DNA of 64,000 bases from Paraphysomonas bandaiensis. Lineage: Eukaryota; Protista; Chrysophyceae. The translations under genes and the position numbers were made by a program. Location: NCBI GenBank assembly GCA_965644295.1, contig CBFFRP010000312.1, positions 1-64,000 of the forward strand. Direction: 5' to 3'. Positions 1 to 9,198 of the stretch are shown here, piece after piece (within the stretch, counting starts at the first letter, position 1; each line of letters opens with the position of its first letter). Below the pieces are notes generated by a model. That model had not been told where the DNA came from, searched no databases, and saw nothing but the letters and a program-made list of their open reading frames with translations.

Positions 1-443
1 AATAGTGTGTGATAGTTATGTTCTGCATTATTATTCACTTCTACATTACAGTGTTCATCACTTCATATTCAAATATTCACAACGTTCATCTTACTATTAC
101 TACGCTTAAATCTGCATTCGGTTAGAAGATGCTTATAGTATAATATAACATATGTCTCCCATTCTAAGAACTAAGAGCCATTGATTAGGCGGCTTGGCTA
201 ACGCACCGTTGTACCAACACACTATGGCCACATTATGAATAACATAATAACATTACAATTATTATTGAGTTCAAGTCATCGGCTACCATATAATTAATTC
301 AGCTTCTCACGTCGCCATAACAACAGAATATCTGTCAAGCAGAGTTTACTAAAATAGCACAAACCCGATTGTTTGAACATATACCATAGATTTGAAAAGG
401 AAATTCACTTTCCATCACCAACTGAGCTACTGAAAGCAAAAGT

Positions 444-1784
444 CTAACGACGGCGAGCTGCACCAGACTTCGTAAATTTAACCTCAAGTTCAGCTGCTGT
501 ACACGATCCAGTCGGTGCTGAAGTCTGAACAACAGTAGGCGAAGCAGTTGGGGAACGGGTTGGTGCCGCTGTAGGGGAATGTGTAGGATTCGCAGTAGGT
601 GATGAAGTTGGCGAGGCAGTCGGAGAAGCAGTAGGAGAGGTAGTCGGAGAAACAGTTGGATGTAAGGTTGGGGCAGAAGTGTCAACAGCAGAGTTGAATC
701 TCACCAGACAAGTGTAATTATTGACAGCTTCTCTGGATTCACCGACAGTAATAGTATAGGCGGTTTCCTCAGCAGTGTGGACAGTCTGTTCGTCGACGCA
801 CTGGTCCTCTTGTGTAATGAAGCGACCACGGTTAACAGTGTTGTTGAATTGCCTCAGAGTAGTTGCATCGGTGAGAGAAACAGTACTAATGGCACCGTAC
901 AGACCCGGAGGATAGTCATACACATTCTGATAGTCGACCTCGATTTTTGTACTGGTCACAGGTTGAAAGGTAGCAGTCTCAAAGACCATTCTCTCTATGC
1001 AAATAATACTTAACGGGGTGTCAAAAACCATGAATGCGGTATCCTCAGGGGTCATAATTTGGAATATAGAAGGATCAGAAGATGAGTGCGGTATTAACAC
1101 CACCTGAATATGACGCACAAAAATAATTCGAATACGAACGTACAAAAACATGTCGAATCCTCCGTCGACTTTGTTTACATTGCTCTGAAGCTGGACGATA
1201 GCTGCCAGGTTGGAGCCGGGATGGGTACAAGAATTCTCGAAATCGCCATCACACCCAGTAGGGTACCACAAACGGACAGCGTTTTTGTTTCCAGGGGTTG
1301 CAATAGGTTCAGAATTATTTCTTGTCACATCCCCGGATGAAACTATAAAAAAATTACTAGACAAATTGTAGACTCCTTTCTCGACAATTAGCCACGAAAT
1401 CTGAACTTTATTTGAAAGGTATTGAGGGACATACCACTCCTTAGAGCAGTACGAGTCATTCGCCTGGACCAGTTTTACATCAAACTGCCACACATTTTCA
1501 CTGCTAACGTATTCAATATTTCTTAATCGAGATACTATGGGGAGACCCTCAGTATGTAAGCTGCCTCCAATATCGGGCAAACTGATAAATACAGTTACAT
1601 TCTCTTCCCAGTTATCATTCCGTGATTTAATAGTGGTCCATTCTCTATCATCAATATCAACGAAACCGACTTCCAGCCATTCATGGTCTAGTATTTGATT
1701 GGTGATAACATTCACAGGCTGTGCTTCGACGGCTGTGGATACTAACAGGGACAATAGAGCGATACACTGACAACGATAACTCAT
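444..1784 (-). CDS. Putative secreted/surface protein with beta-rich domain and Thr/Ser/Pro (TxSP) mucin-like stalk
   Basis: ATG at 1784 starts a signal-peptide-like MSYRCQCIALLSLLVSTAVEAQ. The ORF is intronless and ends with PTVSPTTSPTASPTASPTSSPTANPTHSPT repeats. The 3' end may be spliced or frameshifted. Confidence 0.75.
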   Translation of the reverse strand: MSYRCQCIALLSLLVSTAVEAQPVNVITNQILDHEWLEVGFVDIDDREWTTIKSRNDNWEENVTVFISLPDIGGSLHTEGLPIVSRLRNIEYVSSENVWQFDVKLVQANDSYCSKEWYVPQYLSNKVQISWLIVEKGVYNLSSNFFIVSSGDVTRNNSEPIATPGNKNAVRLWYPTGCDGDFENSCTHPGSNLAAIVQLQSNVNKVDGGFDMFLYVRIRIIFVRHIQVVLIPHSSSDPSIFQIMTPEDTAFMVFDTPLSIICIERMVFETATFQPVTSTKIEVDYQNVYDYPPGLYGAISTVSLTDATTLRQFNNTVNRGRFITQEDQCVDEQTVHTAEETAYTITVGESREAVNNYTCLVRFNSAVDTSAPTLHPTVSPTTSPTASPTASPTSSPTANPTHSPTAAPTRSPTASPTVVQTSAPTGSCTAAELEVKFTKSGAARRR

Positions 1785-3049
1785 AATGGCAACTAACCCG
1801 AATATTATTAAAGGCAAGGTGCAAGGAAGTTGATAGTGACAGTAATAATCAAAGCGTTGGGAGTATAGTGCATATGATTATAGTGGCGGATTGCTGTCAA
1901 ATCAGCACTTGAATTTCGCCACATACGTACATGCGTATGTTATGTTCCATAAAAAATTCGTAATCCCAGGCTATATATGGCTACATACGGTCGTCAATGT
2001 GAAGTTCGTAGATATATATGGATCTTCAAGAGTTAAACTGAAAATAGGGTCAATGGTTGTATAGAAATAGTAGTGAAAAAATAGCAACCAGATATTCATG
2101 GATTTCACATACGTAATTCCGGGTTAAATACGATGATCATTCGTCGAAAATCGAATCTCCAATATTGACATACGCACACATACAGTCGCTCACAATGGTT
2201 ACGTACGAAGTATCTTTGATAATCAAAAATAAAACCAGGGGTTTTGAGGTCTATAAATAGGAATATCTATAGATATATACTCTGTATATACTGTCAGTGC
2301 GTCAAGTGGGATATTATGGAGGTGGAGAGTTCGAATAGTTGTCATTCTCACTGCCGTGTATGGGGAAGAGTGTGTGTTGAACAATTGCGTGAGGGAATAC
2401 CATACCTATATTAAAAATATGATCTTGCAGCATTGCATATGGCAGATGAGATGCAGGAGTGACGAGAACGATAGTTAGTTAGTGGTTAGATAATTCCCAG
2501 CAGATATATCTGAATCACACTCATCACTCTTGTGGCACTGGGTTCGGGTGTATGGATGTATGATGAGGGGCAATTTCGATATCGTGAGATTTATTTATGT
2601 TTGTGAATATTACTGTGAGCGAATACTTTAAAAATAGCCGAACAATATACAGACTCTATGGGTATGTATGGTGACACCTATATTCCTTGAGAATCAACAT
2701 GCAATTATTTGATTAAGCTTGTATATTAAGAATGGTGCATTAAGAATGTTGTATGATATAACTAATAAGTGGCTGGGATCTAGCAGGGCTTGGTAACGAT
2801 ATGTTAAATAGTATACTTCTATACTACAAGTACTATAGTAATAGATTTATACTTTCAACAATATACTGGCAATATGATATGAGTTACAATACGTTAGCAT
2901 ACAACACGTTACAATACAAATCATATACTGCATATATTAGGTCTTGTGGTACTGATGAAATTATTGATACTCCTACTGAGTTCAATTTTTTATCGATTCT
3001 ATTAAACTTAAATACGGCTCAACTGCCATTTTTAGTTTGTGTTAAAGTC

Positions 3050-3345
3050 TTATTAATAATAACCAGCATCAGATAAGTAGTTAGCTAATTTGGTCAAGCT
3101 AGATCGACCGCTACCTGCAACTAACTAGCACAAATTCTCATATCCTACTATATATTGAAAGTCTTCTTATTAGCGATAGTAGCTAGATAGCTAAACGCTA
3201 AACGCTAGACAAACTAGTTAGACCTCTACCTGTAACTAATCAGTACACACTTTTTTTATCCTACTATTTAACGCTACGGAAGCTGCTTGTGCGTCGCCAC
3301 AAGCACCAAGATGCGACCACTTCCGCTCTGAGTTCTTAAGGTGAA
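3050..3345 (-). mobile_element. 3' tail fragment of non-LTR retrotransposon family
   Basis: The reverse complement of ~3200-3345 aligns closely with 15720-15846, which lies downstream of the RNase H-bearing element. A partial second copy of the tail is at ~3090-3155. Confidence 0.65.
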
Positions 3346-3929
3346 CATCCCGGATGCTTGACTTCAGCAGGCAGCCCAATACCCCGGTTACCCTTCATGT
3401 GGGCTCATCCCGGATGCCTGTTTTTTCGTCAGGGCCCAAAGACGTCTACACAAGTGACACTTATTGGTGTCCCTTGTACCACAAAAGCATTCGGCTATGA
3501 GTGGGCAGAAGAATATCTGCTGACTATGTTTGCGGCTCACGTTAGTTTCCCAGAGAGAATCTCTCCGGTACTTATCCCTCCAGAACACCACGAAAAGGTG
3601 CGATGTATGTTGCATTGGTTCTACTTCACCTGCTATGACCTCATGCCTCTGTAATATATATCGTATGTATGTATGTGTGTGCAGTATGTAACATCGTGTC
3701 GTCATACTGTGAAAGTAGAAAGTAGAAAGAGAGGAAGAAATATTGTCCCAATCAATTGTGTAGAGATATAACGGATAGAAAATCACAAGACCATGACTTT
3801 ATAACAAAGTGAATAGATACATCAATGATTGCTTAGTGTTACACGTGCGGGACAAATTTAAAAGCAATATACGATTATAAGCAAGCACATACAGAACGAA
3901 ATATAAAAGTAACAGAGTATATAAGAAAG

Positions 3930-5786
3930 CTAACCGAAATGCAGAGGTGACATTGACTTGTTAGATGACTGATTTGATTGTAGAGGGCCCACATACGTTG
4001 GTGTGATACGTTTCATATGTGGCTTCCGTTTATTGGGGCGCAATATAGCTGCTGGAATACTACTCCCGAAGCTATTAGAGACAGAACTTGACTTATCGTC
4101 CCTTGTGAAGGCGAATCCTCTCGAAACACGCTGTAGCTTAGCAACTTTCATATCACCCATATTTTTAAATCTATCTACATTGCGTTTCCGTCCGACTTTA
4201 TCCTCTGCATCATCCGATTCAATGCTCGTTTCAGTACCAACAGATTCGCTTTGTGTGGAACACCTACTACTTTCGTTACTCCGTTCTTCACCTTTATCGG
4301 ATGACACTGGGACTGGAAGCGCGCACGCAGCTGGCTTTTCTGAGGGACTTATGGTCCCTAAACCAGTACCAGTTGATTCTAGAATATTGTTAGTGGTTGG
4401 CGCCCTCTCGTTGTCCCGCTCGTGACCCACTGGACATATCAAACGAACATCATTGTTGCTGTTGCTCGCAACCTTTTCCACACGAGAAACTTCAGTGGCA
4501 CAACACGTATTAACAGTTGCCAAGCCTTCTATCATAGAATCTGTAAATCCGAGAGATTCTAGAGACATTGACTTCGCATCTTCCATCACTTCCCTGGTAC
4601 CTGCTGCCACAGAAGGCAGGCCAATACCAGCGCACTCCTGAACAGTTGCCAAAGTGGTAGGTAGCACAACTTCCTTAGAAGCACCGACTGCAGAAAATTC
4701 ATCATCGCCAAGTATTGCCGCCATAGTGTCTGCACCCATTGAGTACTCGCCACCCCCCTGGGCAGGCTCATATGCACAGCTTGGGGGCGTATTGAGAGAA
4801 TTCACTCCACTGGGGGAAATGGAGTACTTGGCACGGGCTTTAACTGATACGGCGGCGGCTGCTACAGCTGCCGCATCGTCAACCACAGAAGACTTTGGTT
4901 GCAGAAAAAGAGGCATATTGTTTACCCACGAAGAACCTGTTGCACAACTTCCTCCCAGGCCCCCGAGAGTGCTAGAATTTGTCGACGCGAATGGGAGGGC
5001 AAGAGTAGCAGTACTTTGGCCAGAAGGAAGCAATGACTTTGGAGGTGACGAAGATGTCATCGCAATAGGAGGTTTCACGCAGTTGTCATGTAAAGGAGGC
5101 ACCGTTGATCGCTCACCTGAAATATTGCTCTTATCGCCACCAAGTACTTCTGCCATGTTACACATTGCACCCATCAAGCTATCTGAGAACACAATTGGTG
5201 ATGATGGGGCTATGGGAGACTCCATAGTAGATGCTTGTGGATGAATAGCTGATGTACCCGGATCAACAACTTGCGACTTCCCATCGTGTGCAGAAGTCGC
5301 ACATTCTGACACACTGTTGACGCCAGCAGATGTGATCACACGCTCACTATCATGGATAGTTTGTTTAGTGCTAGAAGCACTGGGAACAGTTTCTTTATTT
5401 GTTTCTACAGGGTGTGATGGTGATGTGGATTTGAGATGATAATAGAGTGCAACCATCGGAGTGGAATCCGCGGTCAAGGACTTTCCTGCAAGAACTGGAT
5501 GATTGCACAGTGAATTTCCCACAGTCAACGAAGAAAATGATGAGACATAGTCTGTGTTCGGTTTTCCATGCGAGTCTACAGAAAATATCTGAAGTCTCGT
5601 CGCAACGTCGTTCACTCCTTTCCATTTCTTGACAAGATAATTGACTACATTTCCCCAATTCTTCTTTGCCTTCAAAGTTAAATCAAGAGTGGGGGCATGA
5701 GAAGCACCCAATACTTCACTCTTACTTGCTGCATCCCAAGATATAAGACGCAGTTTAATGTTCTTGTACTTGGATATATCGGACAT
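3930..5786 (-). CDS. TKI1/Cramped(CRAMP1)-like N-terminal domain followed by low-complexity Ser-rich region
   Basis: ATG at 5786. The segment KIKLRLISWD...HAPTLDLTLKAKKNWGNVVNYLVKKW resembles the recalled plant TKI1 motif (KIKLQLFPID...HPYLELTLSxRKKISSVLxHLxxKW). Confidence 0.6.
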   Translation of the reverse strand: MSDISKYKNIKLRLISWDAASKSEVLGASHAPTLDLTLKAKKNWGNVVNYLVKKWKGVNDVATRLQIFSVDSHGKPNTDYVSSFSSLTVGNSLCNHPVLAGKSLTADSTPMVALYYHLKSTSPSHPVETNKETVPSASSTKQTIHDSERVITSAGVNSVSECATSAHDGKSQVVDPGTSAIHPQASTMESPIAPSSPIVFSDSLMGAMCNMAEVLGGDKSNISGERSTVPPLHDNCVKPPIAMTSSSPPKSLLPSGQSTATLALPFASTNSSTLGGLGGSCATGSSWVNNMPLFLQPKSSVVDDAAAVAAAAVSVKARAKYSISPSGVNSLNTPPSCAYEPAQGGGEYSMGADTMAAILGDDEFSAVGASKEVVLPTTLATVQECAGIGLPSVAAGTREVMEDAKSMSLESLGFTDSMIEGLATVNTCCATEVSRVEKVASNSNNDVRLICPVGHERDNERAPTTNNILESTGTGLGTISPSEKPAACALPVPVSSDKGEERSNESSRCSTQSESVGTETSIESDDAEDKVGRKRNVDRFKNMGDMKVAKLQRVSRGFAFTRDDKSSSVSNSFGSSIPAAILRPNKRKPHMKRITPTYVGPLQSNQSSNKSMSPLHFG

Positions 5787-6431
5787 GACGATTACTAGTA
5801 ATGTCACAACAATAACGATATCAGTCTCTGTTAGCCCCACTCATATACGTATAATCCAGTCGAGGTTTCTATTCGATCGAATTATCAGTTTAAATTGTTT
5901 GTGTATACGAAGAAATAACAGCAATGAGTAACTCACACAGCTATCTAACCCTTTAGCTGAGTGATACAACCACTCACTCCATACATATATATATATATAT
6001 GACTCTCTACAGGAGCTCAGCTGTTCATATCAATCGAATATCGCCACTTTGTACTTCATTTAAAGTTTCAAATAAAATGGCATTATATCTTTGAAAGACG
6101 CCGAAAATTCAGTTTGGTTGTAATATGTCAACAATTCCAGGGCTGTTGAAGTGTTGAAATCTGCTAAATTTCGTAACATTTTACATCACAATTTTCTAAA
6201 ATATAGATAAAATATTGGGATATTTGCTAATCTTATCTCCTATACAACTTCGAATGACTTGATTGGACATGGATTGTGTGAATGTGTGGCTTACTCATCA
6301 GCAGTCTAGTACAGGATTTTTCATAATAAAATGCATAAAGTGTTTGTTGATGTGGGGTGAATTACCATAATATGGCCTATTGAGGACCTGTTTCATAAAT
6401 ACATTCTTTTTGACGCCTCTTTCTGGAAATC

Positions 6432-7245
6432 ATGAGCCAATGGAAACTAGTTGAAGCTGAACCTCTTGGAGGACAGAATAATAGTCAGGGTGGGGTGCAG
6501 CATAGATATGGGGGGGGTATGGAATATATATCATATTGTGTGTGTATAATGTAATATATGATACAGGAAATAATCACCAAAGCCAAAATCGTCATCGCCG
6601 CAACAGTAGAGGTGATGGAGATCATAGACGGCGAGGTGGTGGAGGCAGACGTGGCCATAACAACCGTGACCGCATGTATGTTGCGGACACTCCTGAGACC
6701 CGTCAATACTACGCACAAATGGCGGTTCAGATAATGTATGTAAACTACTTGTTATATATATATATCTAAATAAATTTATATTGTTTTAGCGAATACTTTT
6801 TTTCTCCGGATAGCTTGTGCGCCGATATGACTATTCGCTCCTACATGGACGAGGAGGGGTATGTCCCCATCGCTTTCGTTTGTAACTTCCCCGATGTCTT
6901 AGCTGTCGGGGCATATTATGAAGATATTATTTCTGCGCTCTGCCAGTCGAGCATGTTCGAAATTGATTTGGAGAATGAAACGATGCGTGTCCCAGATTAC
7001 CGTAAGGTGATTCAATGATTACCAAATCACTGTTGATGATGTAATCAATTTTGTAGTGGCTCATGCCCAATGGCAACGGAGGATTCGGCCTCCCTCGTTA
7101 TGTAAAACAACAACCGCATGCGGGTGAAGTGGAATCTACGGCTGAGGGTGCAGTACAGCAGACTCAGGAGCCGATTGTGAATCGCGAAAGGTCCCACAGC
7201 AAGGAGCTCTCCGCCACCGCGTCTGTGTACACTCCCCAGAAGTAA
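6432..7245 (+). CDS. Small La-motif RNA-binding protein (LARP-like) with RGG stretch and C-terminal PAM2 motif; 4 exons
   Basis: Exons ~6432-6489, 6567-6735, 6790-7006 and 7057-7245 join in frame. La motif: QIIEYFFSPDSLCADMTIRSYMDEEGYVPIAFVCNF. RGG stretch: RRRGGGGRRG. PAM2-like end: SKELSATASVYTP. Confidence 0.85.
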
Positions 7246-7499
7246 ACGGCTCATATATCAGCAGAACTTGAATCAATAATTGGACAATATGGATAAGATG
7301 GAATTGTGATTAGTGAAAATTGGTCTGATGCAGTTTGTATGTTAAAAGAGAGTGGGATATGTGGAGCTATGAGTAGCAACGCTCATAGCCACAATCTCTG
7401 GCCTTATCAATATGCATCTTAAAATTATAGCGAAATATATCAGTGGTGGCCTAAACGCCTGTAGTTTTATTATATCATATCTGAAGTTTAGAATCATAG

Positions 7500-8216
7500 T
7501 CGTCAATCATTTCGTTTATCAAAAAGAACAGTATTAAATGAGGAAGAATCGAGTATACCAGAAGTTATTTCTTTTCAGCAGAATTGCTTAGGACAATTTT
7601 TACCATTTGACTATAACGAGAAATATTATTCATCCTACTCAAATTCACTGAGTTATTAAGTCACCCGTTTTGGTGTGTCAAGTATAATACTGATTACTGA
7701 TTCTTCAATCAGCTCAAAAACTTAAGAAGCGGAAAGTTGAAATATCTAAGTACAGGTGCACGAGTCATGTAGTATGTGCTTCCAATACGTGTGAACGCCT
7801 GTTCAGCGCAGCAAAACTGATTATATCAGTATTGCGCAAACGTATGCATCCTACTACACTTAATATGCTGTTGTTTCTGAAAGCTAACCGACAGTTGTGG
7901 CCGGATGCAAGCATATTTCAATCAATATTGAATGAATATGGTGATGATGATGTCACCGATGATTGCTCAGAGGATGAGTATGAGAAAACTTTTAATTAGT
8001 TAAGAGTAGTGGGTTTGATTATCAAGTGACCTTAGACCTTATAATATGGCAAGTACTAAAAATGAAAACTACGGATGTGTTTACTTACTGATTAGTCATA
8101 CTAATATATTGCAATATATTGCAATAGTATTGTAGGGCCGGTTTAAAAAATCCATCAATACTATTGATGGAACACTACGTAACAATAGTATTGCAATATA
8201 TTGTTCCCTATCCCTG
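7500..8216 (+). mobile_element. hAT transposon 3' remnant (dimerisation domain plus right TIR)
   Basis: Encodes SNTCERLFSAAKLIISVLRKRMHPTTLNMLLFLKANRQLW at ~7780-7900. Subterminal CAATAxTATTG repeats follow, and the element ends in ...CCCTATCCCTG at 8216 (CAGGG-type TIR). Confidence 0.8.
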
Positions 8217-9198
8217 CTTTACACTCTATTGTCTATTGTGAGATTACAAATTTCAAATTACAAACGTATAGTATCATGTACCATTCACCATTCAAATTTA
8301 TGTTGTCTCAACGTCTAAACTACTAATCATTTCCATAGAATCTTAGATATCACGATTTGATACAGTCAATCTGTTTCAGTTTCACTACTATGATTACTAT
8401 CAAGACATTAACTACTTCTGTATTATTCCATTAAAAGTCTTAATTCTAATACCTTTGAACTACAGCTCAAACAGCAAAACTCAACAAAATGAATATCATT
8501 GACATGTTAAAACTCATGTTAGCTAGTTCTTAGCGCAGGTTTGTCACAGACTGTGACAAGCCGTACAACGTATTATACCCCACGATAGTTTCATTTCAAG
8601 TGGGCTTAATCTTCTCACCCACACTAGATTAGTAGTTTGATGCAGAGATACTCATTAACATCTGTTATACTTCTATCGTCAGAGCTAATATTTCATTGAA
8701 ATGTATTGCTGCTTATAGAAGTAGAACACTAACATTTATGAAATGATATTATTGTAGAAGTGAGACTTTGTATAATGAAGGAGCTCTAATGGCTACACAA
8801 GTACAGCGTACAACGTAACAGCTGTGTCACCAGTCATCCCAAGTGATTAGTGGATTGTCGTTCTGGGAAGAGATCTAGAGATATGCATATCTAGATATCT
8901 AGCTGTGGTGGAGTGGGAGTCTCATTCCACTACCAAAAAAACACATTCATTTTTTTTTGGATATGGAGTTTTGCCTCCTTTATTGGGATAAACCCCGTTA
9001 CTCATGACAAAGACGAGTGGCTGCAGTGTATCGTGTGACACGAAGTGAAGTGAATGATATTCGTGTGGTTCAAAAGTCCCACCATATGTTTCGAGTTCCA
9101 GTCATAATGATAGAACCATACCATCATATCATTCACTGGTACAGTTGCTGTACCTCGAATTAATGTTAGAGGAGTAATGAAGTGAGTGGGCTGGTGAG

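Noticed and set aside
335-460. Stop-codon readthrough or alternative genetic code at the end of ORF 444-1784
   Set aside because: Conserved genes in the window end normally at TAA, TAG or TGA, and no in-frame stops occur in conserved exons.
5930-5980. CTAACCCT in a hairpin loop as a telomerase RNA template
   Set aside because: An eight-nt match is expected by chance; no pseudoknot or Pol III promoter/terminator was identified.
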